IMG/VR virus record: IMGVR_UViG_3300027804_000057
Coordinates: 21,934 to 85,933 of that record
DNA length: 64,000 bases
Reading direction: 5' to 3' (one strand)
Origin: a virus
Lineage: Duplodnaviria > Caudoviricetes
Below the pieces are notes generated by a model. It saw only the letters and a list, made by a program, of their open reading frames with translations. It ran no database searches and was not told the DNA's origin. This document shows, piece after piece, positions 38,984 through 48,581 of the stretch (position 1 is its first letter; each line of letters opens with the position of its first letter). Position numbers and translations under genes: made by a program.

Positions 38984-39355
38984 ATGAGAACTACACCAGA
39001 AAAAAGAAAAGTTACTTTATTAAAATATAACAATACAACTGAACGCAAACAAGCAATGAAGGAGTATTATGCAAATAATAAAGATAAATCTAAAAATAGG
39101 ATGTTGATTAGGAACTATGGTATATCTCTAGAAGATTACAATAAGATGTTATTTGAACAGAATGGTAATTGTTATATTTGTGAAAAACATTATACTGAAC
39201 AGAAAAAAAGTTTAAGTGTTGACCATTGTCATATAACAGGTAATATTAGAAAACTACTTTGTTCAAACTGTAATACTTCTTTAGGTTTACTAAAAGAAGA
39301 TATCGACCGAGTTAAAAAACTTATAGAATATATTGAAGAAAATAAAATACTATGA
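38984..39355 (+). mobile_element. Endonuclease-VII-like (His-Me finger) free-standing endonuclease, probable homing endonuclease
   Basis: YGI..EDY..M...Q.G.C.IC...LSVDHCH.TG.IR.LLC..CN..LG; own TATAAATA at 38948-38955. Confidence 0.8.
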
Positions 39356-40422
39356 AGCTGGCAATTATAAATGATACCCATGCGGGTGCTCGTGGTGATA
39401 GTTTACCTTTTAATGAATACTTCTTCAAATTCTGGGAAGGTACATTCTTTCCTTATTTGAAAGAACACGACATTAAACATATCTGCCACCTTGGTGATGT
39501 GGTAGACCGAAGAAAGTTTATTAACTATGTTATTCTGAATTCGTGGCGTAAACGATTCTTTGATGTGTTAAAGAACGAAGGCATTACCATGGATGTAATT
39601 GTAGGTAATCACGATGTGACTTACAAGAACACAAATGAAATCAATGCCATGAATGAGTTGTTTGACCACTATGATAACATAAATGTGTACACAAGTCCAG
39701 TAAAGAAGAACTATGATGGTACAGAAGTATTGATGGTGCCTTGGATTAATTCTAGTAATTACCAAGAAACCTTAGATGATGTACAACAAACAACCGCACA
39801 GATTGTATTTGGTCACTTTGAGATTGCTGGCTTTGAAATGGACAAAGGTAATATTTGCCATACAGGCTTAGAAAAGAAGATGTTTGACCGATTCGATACT
39901 GTATTGTCTGGCCACTTTCACCACAAATCAAGTGATGGCAACATTTCTTATTTGGGTAATCAGTATGAAATTACTTGGGCAGATTATAATGACCAACGTG
40001 GCTTTCACATCTTTGATACCGACACAAGAGAGTTGACATTTGTACCAAATCCACATAAGATGTTTCATAAGATAACATATGATGATGGCGCACAATCATT
40101 TGAAGATTGGAAGACACATGACTTTAGTTTATACAAAGAGTGTTACATTAAAGTTGTTGTAATAAACAAACAGAACCCTTACCTGTTTGATACAGTATTG
40201 GATAATTTATATAAATCTGGTGCAGCTGATATATCCATTGTTGAAGACTTCAATGATTATGATACCGACATTGATGCCGATATTGTGGATCAGGCAGAAG
40301 ATACAATGACCATACTATCAAAGTACATAGATAACTTGACAATTAATGTAGAACGTGATAAACTCAAGAACTTAATGAAAGAATTATACGTTGAGGCATT
40401 GAATACAGAAACTTCAGAATGA
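39352..40422 (+). CDS. gp47: Recombination nuclease subunit gp47 (Mre11-like)
   Basis: NDTHAG.R; HLGDV.DRRK; VGNHD; GHFE..GF; SGHFH. Confidence 0.95.
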   Translation: MKLAIINDTHAGARGDSLPFNEYFFKFWEGTFFPYLKEHDIKHICHLGDVVDRRKFINYVILNSWRKRFFDVLKNEGITMDVIVGNHDVTYKNTNEINAMNELFDHYDNINVYTSPVKKNYDGTEVLMVPWINSSNYQETLDDVQQTTAQIVFGHFEIAGFEMDKGNICHTGLEKKMFDRFDTVLSGHFHHKSSDGNISYLGNQYEITWADYNDQRGFHIFDTDTRELTFVPNPHKMFHKITYDDGAQSFEDWKTHDFSLYKECYIKVVVINKQNPYLFDTVLDNLYKSGAADISIVEDFNDYDTDIDADIVDQAEDTMTILSKYIDNLTINVERDKLKNLMKELYVEALNTETSE

Positions 40423-42131
40423 TTATTTTTAGATATGTAAAATGGAAGAATTTTCTATCCACTGGCAACAGTTGGACTGAAATCAAGTTGGACAACTCAC
40501 ACAACACACTAGTAGTCGGTGAAAATGGTTCAGGCAAGAGCACAATGTTAGATGCATTGTGTTTCTCTTTGTTTGGCAAACCATTTCGCAGCATTAACAA
40601 ACCCCAACTTGTAAATTCAATCAATGGCAAAGATGCTGTGGTTGAAGTTGGTTTTGATACCGCTAACAAATCATATAAGATTGTTCGTGGTATCAAACCA
40701 AATGTATTTGAAATTTATCAAGACGGTGTTCTAATCAATCAAGAAGCCGCAATGCGTGACTACCAAGAATTCTTAGAGAAGTTTATTCTCAAGTTGAATT
40801 ACAAATCATTTACTCAGATTGTGATTCTTGGTTCGGCATCATTCACACCATTTATGCAGTTGTCTCCAGGTGATCGCAGGTCTATCATTGAAGACTTGTT
40901 AGACATTCAAATCTTTTCCACTATGAACAGTTTGGTAAAAGAACGAATGACTGAGAACAAAGAACTGTCAGTTGCCAAAAAGAGTGAGATCGAATTGGCA
41001 AAACAGAAACATGAAATGCAGAAGAAACATATTGATGAGTTGAATCAGAACAATGACCTAAGGGTAAAACAATATGAGAATGAAATTCAAACTAACAACA
41101 ACGCCATACAAACCTTACATGGAGAAGTTGCTAATGCCAGTACATTGGTCGAAACGTTGTCAACATCAGTGGCAGAGAAATCTATTGTTGAGGATAAGGT
41201 CAAGAAGATTACAAAGCTTGAATCTCAAATTGAGAGCAACTTATCCAAACTACGTAAAGATATCAGTTTCTTCCAGCACAATGATGATTGTCCAACTTGT
41301 AGGCAAGCCATTGCCTCGGATTTCAAAGATACGGAACTTCTCAATCTAGGTACAAAAGTTGGTGAGTGTGAACATGGATTGACACAATTAGAATCCAAGT
41401 TACTTGCGGAACAAACTAAGTTGAATTCTATCTCCGAGGTACAGAAACAGATTCAGGCACTACAGATTCAGATTGCCACAAAGAGTACTTCTATTACCGA
41501 GATTAACAAGTATATTGTTAAAATACAAAAAGAGATTGCGGCATTGCAATCAAATAAAGATTCAACAGAGACACAACAAGTCCAGCTACAAGAACTCGCA
41601 AATCATTTGAGTAAGCTAGAAGAAGACTTAAGAGCATTAATAGATACAAAGACATATTATGAGGCCGCTTCGGTGTTGTTAAAAGATACAGGCATTAAAA
41701 CAAAGATTGTTCGCCAGTATTTACCAATCATTAATAAATTGGTCAATAAGTATTTATCTACCTTAGATTTCTTTGTCAACTTCAACCTCGATGAGTCGTT
41801 TAAGGAAACAATCAAGTCTAGGCACCGTGATGAGTTTTCATATGCATCGTTTTCTGAAGGTGAGAAACAACGTATTGATATGGCCTTGTTACTGACATGG
41901 CGTGCTGTCGCCAAGTTAAAGAATTCATCCAACACCAACCTGTTGATACTGGATGAGGTCTTTGATTCTTCACTAGATACAGAAGGTACTGAAAATCTAA
42001 TGAAGATACTACACATGTTGGAAGATGTTAATCTGTTTGTTATTTCACATAAAGGTGATATACTACAAGACAAGTTCCGAAATGTGATTCGGTTTGAGAA
42101 GGTAAAGAATTTTTCTAGAATAGTGAGGTAA
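40419..42131 (+). CDS. gp46: Recombination ATPase gp46 (Rad50-like)
   Basis: GENGSGKST; CPTC zinc hook; FSEGEKQRID; ILDEVFDSSLD. Confidence 0.96.
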   Translation: MIIFRYVKWKNFLSTGNSWTEIKLDNSHNTLVVGENGSGKSTMLDALCFSLFGKPFRSINKPQLVNSINGKDAVVEVGFDTANKSYKIVRGIKPNVFEIYQDGVLINQEAAMRDYQEFLEKFILKLNYKSFTQIVILGSASFTPFMQLSPGDRRSIIEDLLDIQIFSTMNSLVKERMTENKELSVAKKSEIELAKQKHEMQKKHIDELNQNNDLRVKQYENEIQTNNNAIQTLHGEVANASTLVETLSTSVAEKSIVEDKVKKITKLESQIESNLSKLRKDISFFQHNDDCPTCRQAIASDFKDTELLNLGTKVGECEHGLTQLESKLLAEQTKLNSISEVQKQIQALQIQIATKSTSITEINKYIVKIQKEIAALQSNKDSTETQQVQLQELANHLSKLEEDLRALIDTKTYYEAASVLLKDTGIKTKIVRQYLPIINKLVNKYLSTLDFFVNFNLDESFKETIKSRHRDEFSYASFSEGEKQRIDMALLLTWRAVAKLKNSSNTNLLILDEVFDSSLDTEGTENLMKILHMLEDVNLFVISHKGDILQDKFRNVIRFEKVKNFSRIVR

Positions 42132-42133
42132 TT

Positions 42134-42340
42134 ATGAAAGAGTTTTTAATTAAAGATGATGCGGCATTTAAGTTACGTGTTCAGGTTAAACCCTGTTTCG
42201 TACCAAAAGATTTGAATGCAGTATATTTTGTGCAAGAAGTTTTGGGTGAAGATGAAGAGATTGTTCATTCATCAACATATGAATTCTTTTTGACCAATGA
42301 AGAGATTGCAAAATTGTGTGAAGGATTAACCAATGAGTGA
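42134..42340 (+). CDS. Hypothetical protein
   Basis: 68 aa with GAGG SD, packed between gp46 and def. Confidence 0.55.
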   Translation: MKEFLIKDDAAFKLRVQVKPCFVPKDLNAVYFVQEVLGEDEEIVHSSTYEFFLTNEEIAKLCEGLTNE

Positions 42341-42929
42341 GGTACTCACGTTTAATACCGAAAGTAATACAGTTGTCAAAGAGTCAGAAATTGTTCCATT
42401 GAAAATTTATTCTGATGCTTTCGGTATGTTGAAAGAGGTAATGCCTGAATACACAGACAAGTTACCTAATAATAACATGGAGAGATTCTCCAAACAAATG
42501 CACCTGACAAGGAAGATGTATAATGGTATTGGTCTTGCAGCTAACCAATGTGGTATTCGTGCCCGTGTATTTGTAATCGGTACAGGTGATAGAGATGATT
42601 TTAAAATTACCTGTATCAACCCACGTGTGGTAAAAGAATCGGATAACATTGTGCGAGACAAAGAAGGATGCTTGTCTTACCCTGCATTACATGTTACAAT
42701 AGGACGTCCAGACAACATTGATGTTGAATTCACTAATGAAAAAGGTGAACTTGTCAATATGAATTTGACTGGAGTAACTGCTCGTTGTTTCTTACATGAG
42801 TTGGATCATTTGAATGGTGTGTTAATGGCTGACAGAGTTGGCAAAACTTCCATGATGATGGCCAAAGAGAAACAGATGAAGCGACTAAAGAAATTTGAAA
42901 GAAACTATAAACGTGGCATACGCATTTGA
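42333..42929 (+). CDS. def: Peptide deformylase
   Basis: All three motifs: GIGLAANQ, EGCLS, HELDH. Confidence 0.93.
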   Translation: MSEVLTFNTESNTVVKESEIVPLKIYSDAFGMLKEVMPEYTDKLPNNNMERFSKQMHLTRKMYNGIGLAANQCGIRARVFVIGTGDRDDFKITCINPRVVKESDNIVRDKEGCLSYPALHVTIGRPDNIDVEFTNEKGELVNMNLTGVTARCFLHELDHLNGVLMADRVGKTSMMMAKEKQMKRLKKFERNYKRGIRI

Positions 42930-44244
42930 TCCTAAAGATGATATCGAAACACAATACAAAAAGTGGTTAGACTCAGGTATTGTTTATAAAGATATTGATT
43001 TGGGTGTTCTAACAGAGAACGTTAAGAAAGATTTGACGTTCGTATCAGCTATGGATGTTAAAGAATACACCTTGTACCAGAAATGGTGTGAGGTGCATGA
43101 GAAATATCCAACTGAGGAGATGAACACCTTGTTTGGAACTGAGATGCAGTTAATTGACCCCTCTCAGAAAACAATGATTGATGAAGTTAAGGCCAACATT
43201 TGGACGCCTGATTCACCTGATGCATACTTAGATTTGGAACCTGTTCTAATCTATACTGATGACTCTGGTGAAAAAGTATCCACAGGTATGGACGGCACCA
43301 ATGTAACTCAGAAAATTAAACGTTCTGATTTACCTGAAAGATGGAACGCAGCACGTACATTCATTTCAACAATGAAGAACAACTCTAACATTGGCCGTAA
43401 TTTAAATTTCTTTGCACAGGATAAGAAGACAGGTAAGTACCTTGGTGTTATCTGTATCTCATCCGACTTCCTAGATTTAACACCAAGAGATAATGTAATT
43501 GGTTGGGAACGTGAGAAGAAAACACAAGGCGGTATGATTAACTATACTGCCATTGGTTCTACGATTGTTCCGTTTCAACCATTAGGTTATAACTACGTTG
43601 GTGGTAAACTACTTGCTTTACTTTGTTTATCTGATACGGTACAAGATTTGTGGAAGAAACAATATGGTGATACACTAGTTGGTGTTACTACAACATCACT
43701 CTATGGTAAAACCAAGGCAAACGGATTAAGTCAATATGATAATCTTGACCATTGGTTGCCGATGGGCTTTACATCTGGTTCTGTCTCATTTGAACCAGAG
43801 AGAGATACTAGATATGAAATACGTGAATGGTTAAAAAAGAATCATACACGAAAATACTTTGAATGGTACGTTGCAAAGAAACCTAGTGGTCAACCATACA
43901 AGCGTGACCACAAGAATCGTTCGTTATCATTTACATATTCAAAGTTAGGTATTCCTAAAGAGTTGATTCGTTCAGAACATGCTCGTGGAATTTATTTCAG
44001 TCCATTGTATGATAACACATATGATTTTCTTTGCGGCAAATGTGACGGCAATGATTTGAAAAAGTCGTTCGAAACGTCTACAGAGAGCCTAAGTAATACA
44101 TGGAAAGAAAAACATGCAAGAGGTCGGATTGGTTTTCTAAAGAAGAAAAACAAAGTCTCTACCGAAACATTGTTTTATGATGATTTGATTTATTTGTCAT
44201 GGCAAGAAACTAAGGATAAATATCTAAGTCAAGTAGGAAGATAA
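42913..44244 (+). CDS. DUF4338 (DruA-related)-like protein, paralogue 1
   Basis: IVPFQPLGYNYVGGKLLALLC and TTTSLYG shared with 63398 paralogue; GTG 42913 or ATG 42895 start. Confidence 0.6.
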   Translation: MAYAFDPKDDIETQYKKWLDSGIVYKDIDLGVLTENVKKDLTFVSAMDVKEYTLYQKWCEVHEKYPTEEMNTLFGTEMQLIDPSQKTMIDEVKANIWTPDSPDAYLDLEPVLIYTDDSGEKVSTGMDGTNVTQKIKRSDLPERWNAARTFISTMKNNSNIGRNLNFFAQDKKTGKYLGVICISSDFLDLTPRDNVIGWEREKKTQGGMINYTAIGSTIVPFQPLGYNYVGGKLLALLCLSDTVQDLWKKQYGDTLVGVTTTSLYGKTKANGLSQYDNLDHWLPMGFTSGSVSFEPERDTRYEIREWLKKNHTRKYFEWYVAKKPSGQPYKRDHKNRSLSFTYSKLGIPKELIRSEHARGIYFSPLYDNTYDFLCGKCDGNDLKKSFETSTESLSNTWKEKHARGRIGFLKKKNKVSTETLFYDDLIYLSWQETKDKYLSQVGR

Positions 44245-44312
44245 ATGCGGTTTTCCGTGAAACGTCCCTCCCAAGGGAAAAGTTGGTTAAACTCCATAAA
44301 ACCGCTCCAATT

Positions 44313-44346
44313 AGAGGTGTTGTAGAAATACAACATCTCTTTTTTT
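44313..44346 (+). terminator. Intrinsic terminator
   Basis: 12-bp stem AGAGGTGTTGTA-GAAA-TACAACATCTCT then T6. Confidence 0.85.
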
Positions 44347-44350
44347 ATGC

Positions 44351-44378
44351 TTGCCATTTTCCATGGTTCCTCTATAAT
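44351..44378 (+). promoter_or_regulatory. Sigma70-type early promoter
   Basis: TTGCCA-N16-TATAAT. Confidence 0.6.
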
Positions 44379-44446
44379 TAAACCTTTACAGACGAACATG
44401 GACAACAGTTCCACAAGTAGTACTAAAGTATTCATTTTTTGAGGGC

Positions 44447-44474
44447 TTGCCAAACGCCCCAATTCTGTTATAAT
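44447..44474 (+). promoter_or_regulatory. Sigma70-type early promoter for cobT-like gene
   Basis: TTGCCA-N16-TATAAT with extended -10 TG. Confidence 0.7.
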
Positions 44475-44497
44475 TAATGCATACATCGGGAAATAAT

Positions 44498-46831
44498 ATG
44501 CAATATTCAGTACAATCCAAGTCTCAATTAGCCAAGTTGTTGGCTTCAGAGAACCTTATTGTTGAACACAAAAAGGTTCAGACCGCATCCTTTGACCTTA
44601 AGAATCGTATTTTGTCATGTCCAATCTGGAAAGATATGTCAGGCGAAATGTACGACCTTTTGTTAGGGCATGAGGTTGGTCATGCATTAGAAACACCTGA
44701 AGAAGGTTGGCATGATGCTGTTACTACAGGCAAATCCAAATTCAGTAAAAACTTCAAACACTTTTTGAATGTTGTTGAAGATGCCCGTATCGAAAAGAAA
44801 ATCAAACGTAAATTTCCAGGTATTAAACCTTCATTCATTAAAGCTTATGGCCAATTAATTGACCGTGATTTTTTTGGTATTAAAGACCAAGATGTAAATG
44901 CATTGCCGTTTATTGACCGCTTGAATTTATATACTAAAGGTGGTTATAATCTTGGTATTAAATTTGATAATGCCGATGAATCTGCTTTATTAGAAGCAGT
45001 AGAAGCTTGCGAATCATGGGAAGATGTTGTTGAAGTTACTGGTGCTATTTTTGATTATTCGAAAAAAGAACAACAGGAAGAATCTAAACTGAAACAAAAA
45101 TCAACAGCTGGTGATTCTTATGGTGAGAATGATGATTACGATTATGATGAATCGGATAATTATAGTGATTATGATTATGATGAATCGGATGATGGTGATG
45201 ATAATACCAATGATGGTGACGATACAGAAAATGATAATGATGGAGATTCTGATTCTGAATCCGATGAAACAACTGGTGAAGAATATGGCGAACGTAAAGT
45301 TAATCGTTATAAAGATACTAGAAATTCATTTTCAGATAATGATGATGATTTTGAACCACGTTGTGAAACTGATGAAAACTTCCGTGATAATGAAGGCCTT
45401 TTGCTTGATGAGAAAAGCAAAGAATATGTTTATGTGAATATACCAAAATACAATCCAAAAAATTCAATTACACCATATAAACGTGTACATGAATTAATGG
45501 AAAATTTCTGGTTTAAAGGTGAATATCTTCCTGATGTTGAACATAATCGTTCAGTGCAAGAAAATCTTTTGAAAGAATTTAAAAATCGTAATGAACGTTA
45601 TGTATCATTACTTGCCAAAGAATTTGAAATGCGTAAAGCTGCCTCCAAATTCTCTAAACAAAAGATATCGGAGACTGGTGATATTGATATCTCCCGCATT
45701 TACAAATATAAAGTTGATGATAATATCTTCCGTAAAGTGATGCGTGTACCAAAAGGTAAATCACACGGATTGGTTTTGATTCTTGACCGTTCAGGTTCCA
45801 TGGATGATAATATGCCCAATTCAATTGAGCAGATTTTAATTCTAACCATGTTCTGCCGCAAAGTGAATATTCCTTTTGTTGTATATGGTTTTGGTAATTG
45901 TATGGCTAGTCGGGCTTTAGATATTCAATTTGATGGTGGTAAAATGCCTCCTTCATTTTCTAAAAATAAAAATGACTTGTATTTCTCCGATGTTTTTATG
46001 CGTGAATATATGAATTCACGTATGGGTAATGCCGAATTTAATCGTTGCCTCCGTAATATGGTTTCATTAATGAATTCATATATGCCAAGATTTCAACGTA
46101 AGATTAATCGTCCCAGTTCAGAAACATTATCTAATACACCAATGATTGAAGCTATGGTTGCTTCACGTTACATTACTAATGAATTTCGCAAAGTGAATAA
46201 TCTTGATATTGTTAACATGGTATTAATCCATGATGGTGATGCCGATAATATATCTGGTTATTATGAAGAAGGTATGACTGATTATGGTACTTACAAAACA
46301 AATTGGTTTAGTGAGAAAACACAATCGGTTGTTATTCGTGATGAACAATCTAAAACTGAATTTCTTTTGAAGAATGAAAACAATAAAGATAATGATCCAA
46401 TGCGTGTCGCTATTTTTGATTGGTATAAACAAGTTACTGGTGCAAAGATTGTTGGTTTCTTTTTGATTGGTGCTGGTCATCATGCAAGAGCTGCTATTCA
46501 ACGTAAATATATTTCTGGTAATGAATTGCCTGTTAAAACGGATCAATACAATTCTTATGAATCACATAATCGTTGGTTGCGTGAAAAAGAAGAAGCACGT
46601 GAAATGCTTAAAGTGATTAAAACAACCAAGTTTTTAGAATCTAAAAATGGTGGTTACAACAAATTCTTTTTGATTCCTGGTGGTAATGATTTGAATATTG
46701 AAGAAGAAGAATTATCTGTTGAAGGTAATGTCACTGCTTCTAAATTGCGTACCGCATTTATTAAGATGAATAAGAAAAAACAGGTAAGCCGTGTCTTGGT
46801 TAACCGTTTTATTGGTGAAATTGCAATGTAA
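44498..46831 (+). CDS. CobT-like protein: N-terminal HExxH domain, acidic linker, C-terminal VWA domain
   Basis: LLGHEVGHAL; NVVEDARIE; MIDAS DRSGSM; HDGDA; upstream of MoxR-type ATPase. Confidence 0.8.
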   Translation: MQYSVQSKSQLAKLLASENLIVEHKKVQTASFDLKNRILSCPIWKDMSGEMYDLLLGHEVGHALETPEEGWHDAVTTGKSKFSKNFKHFLNVVEDARIEKKIKRKFPGIKPSFIKAYGQLIDRDFFGIKDQDVNALPFIDRLNLYTKGGYNLGIKFDNADESALLEAVEACESWEDVVEVTGAIFDYSKKEQQEESKLKQKSTAGDSYGENDDYDYDESDNYSDYDYDESDDGDDNTNDGDDTENDNDGDSDSESDETTGEEYGERKVNRYKDTRNSFSDNDDDFEPRCETDENFRDNEGLLLDEKSKEYVYVNIPKYNPKNSITPYKRVHELMENFWFKGEYLPDVEHNRSVQENLLKEFKNRNERYVSLLAKEFEMRKAASKFSKQKISETGDIDISRIYKYKVDDNIFRKVMRVPKGKSHGLVLILDRSGSMDDNMPNSIEQILILTMFCRKVNIPFVVYGFGNCMASRALDIQFDGGKMPPSFSKNKNDLYFSDVFMREYMNSRMGNAEFNRCLRNMVSLMNSYMPRFQRKINRPSSETLSNTPMIEAMVASRYITNEFRKVNNLDIVNMVLIHDGDADNISGYYEEGMTDYGTYKTNWFSEKTQSVVIRDEQSKTEFLLKNENNKDNDPMRVAIFDWYKQVTGAKIVGFFLIGAGHHARAAIQRKYISGNELPVKTDQYNSYESHNRWLREKEEAREMLKVIKTTKFLESKNGGYNKFFLIPGGNDLNIEEEELSVEGNVTASKLRTAFIKMNKKKQVSRVLVNRFIGEIAM

Positions 46832-46869
46832 TACTAAAGTAGTACTGTTGTTTTTATGCAACAGTGCTA

Positions 46870-46897
46870 TTGACAAACCTTGTGGTTTTGATATAAT
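46870..46897 (+). promoter_or_regulatory. Sigma70-type early promoter for cobS-like gene
   Basis: TTGACA-N16-TATAAT with extended -10 TG. Confidence 0.75.
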
Positions 46898-46930
46898 TGG
46901 TATATTAAATTGATTGATGGAGTTTTTGTG

Positions 46931-48115
46931 ATGCGTGGTATTCAAGTTGACAAACGTGAAAAGTTTATTTCTATTGCCTCTTCCTCAGGCAAGGACATTT
47001 TAACATTACAGGATATTAAAGACCTGTGCGTTGAAAATGATATTAAGTTACCTCAGTGGTATTTGAAAGATATGGATTATCGTGCTGGTCGTGGTCTATA
47101 TAAAGTTCCCTCTAACAGCGCCAACATAGTTAACATGGCGCCAGCTCAAGTTATACAAATGAAAAAACCCGAACCTGTTGCGCCAACCGGCAATCGTATT
47201 ACCAATATTGTTACTGACCTCGAAACAGAAAATCTGGTTCCAAAACAATATGCAAATTATGTTCCTTTTGGTAACTTTGATGATTTGTTGGCAATTGTAA
47301 AAAGTAATTTGTTCTACCCTATTTTTATTACTGGTCAATCTGGCAACGGCAAAACAATGTCAGTTGAACAAGCTTGCGCTAAAGCTAAACGTAAATTTGT
47401 TTGCGTATCAATGACACCTGATACCGATGAAAGTGATTTGCTTGGCAATTATGTTTTGATTAATGGTCAAATGGAATGGCGTGATGGTCCAGTTACCGTT
47501 GCGGCTCGACAAGGCGCTGTGCTGTGTATTGATGAAATTGATTATGGTGCTCAGAACCTGTCCTGCTTACAACGTGTTTTAGAAGGCAAACCTTTCTTGC
47601 TTAAAAAGAAGAATGAAATGGTTGCACCTGCTGAAGGTTTTACAATTGTGGCTACTGCCAATACAAAAGGTAAAGGTTCAGAAGATGGTCGTTACATGTT
47701 TACCAATGTTTTGAATGAGGCTTTCCTTGAACGTTTCTTGAATACATATGAACAAGAGTTTCCTCCAATCAACGTTGAGAAGAAAATCATTCGTAAAGAA
47801 TTGGCTTCTTTGAACCGTACTGATGATGAATTTGCCGAGAAATTGGTAACATGGGCTGATGTAATTCGCAAAACGTTTGCTGAAGGTGGTGTTGATGAAA
47901 TTATTTCCACTCGCCGTCTGGTACACATTTGCAAAACGTATTCTGTGCATGGTGACCGCATGAAGGCACTTGCCCTCTGCTTGAACCGTTTTGATGCCGA
48001 TACCAAATTATCATTTATTGACCTGTACACCAAACTGGATGCAGGCGCCAATACGGCTAATCAGCAAGTGAACGTAGATGCAATTTCGGCAAACAGTGAT
48101 GAATTACCATTCTAA
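46931..48115 (+). CDS. cobS: CobS-like MoxR AAA+ ATPase
   Basis: GQSGNGKT; DESDLLG; LCIDEID; TANTKGKGS.DGRY..TNVLNEAFLERF; ISTRRL. Confidence 0.9.
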   Translation: MRGIQVDKREKFISIASSSGKDILTLQDIKDLCVENDIKLPQWYLKDMDYRAGRGLYKVPSNSANIVNMAPAQVIQMKKPEPVAPTGNRITNIVTDLETENLVPKQYANYVPFGNFDDLLAIVKSNLFYPIFITGQSGNGKTMSVEQACAKAKRKFVCVSMTPDTDESDLLGNYVLINGQMEWRDGPVTVAARQGAVLCIDEIDYGAQNLSCLQRVLEGKPFLLKKKNEMVAPAEGFTIVATANTKGKGSEDGRYMFTNVLNEAFLERFLNTYEQEFPPINVEKKIIRKELASLNRTDDEFAEKLVTWADVIRKTFAEGGVDEIISTRRLVHICKTYSVHGDRMKALALCLNRFDADTKLSFIDLYTKLDAGANTANQQVNVDAISANSDELPF

Positions 48116-48129
48116 TTGCCTGAAAACTG

Positions 48130-48158
48130 TTGACAAGTGTTAATAGTTTTGTTATAAT
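48130..48158 (+). promoter_or_regulatory. Consensus sigma70 promoter
   Basis: TTGACA-N17-TATAAT with TG extension. Confidence 0.85.
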
Positions 48159-48163
48159 AGAAT

Positions 48164-48210
48164 TTCTGAGAGAATGAACCACCTCTCAGAATTATTTGAA
48201 GTGTGGTTCG
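48164..48210 (+). ncRNA. Candidate H-type pseudoknot in 5' leader
   Basis: Stem TTCTGAGAG/CTCTCAGAA; loop GAACCAC complementary to downstream GTGGTTC. Confidence 0.55.
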
Positions 48211-48238
48211 TTTTTATTATTTAAATTTTGGAGTTATT

Positions 48239-48511
48239 ATGTCCGCTAAAGCAAAAATCTTGTCCTACTTGAGCAAATCTGATGGTTACAACACGTTGAC
48301 CGTTAATCAAGCTCGTGCTCGTTTCAACGTTCAGAACGTTGCTGCTCGCATTAACGAATTGCGTGAAGAAGGTCATGCTATTTACTTGAACACCCGTATC
48401 AAGTCTGATGGCGAGAAAGTTTCTTTCTATCGTCTAGGCACACCAACTAAGCGTCAAGTTGCTGCTGGCTTGCAAGCACTTCGCACTGCAGGAATGTCAA
48501 CTTTCGCCTAA
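48239..48511 (+). CDS. Small winged-helix DNA-binding protein
   Basis: IL.YL...LT..QARARF.V.NV.ARI.ELR.EG..I followed by a wing ending YRL; GGAG SD before ATG 48239. Confidence 0.75.
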   Translation: MSAKAKILSYLSKSDGYNTLTVNQARARFNVQNVAARINELREEGHAIYLNTRIKSDGEKVSFYRLGTPTKRQVAAGLQALRTAGMSTFA

Positions 48512-48528
48512 AAGAGTAGTCTCTTTGT

Positions 48529-48569
48529 AAGAGGAGTAGGATATATAAGTATATCCCTCCTCTTTTTTT
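48529..48569 (+). terminator. Intrinsic terminator
   Basis: AGAGGAG..GATATA-TAAG-TATATC-CCTCCTCT then T run. Confidence 0.7.
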
Positions 48570-48581
48570 ATGGAATAAATT

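Noticed and set aside
44229-44486. 85-aa minus-strand ORF in the intergenic region
   Set aside because: Spans a terminator and two promoters; no motif support
45084-45437. Met-rich and His-rich ORFs overlapping the cobT-like gene
   Set aside because: Frame shadows of the GAT/AAT-rich acidic linker
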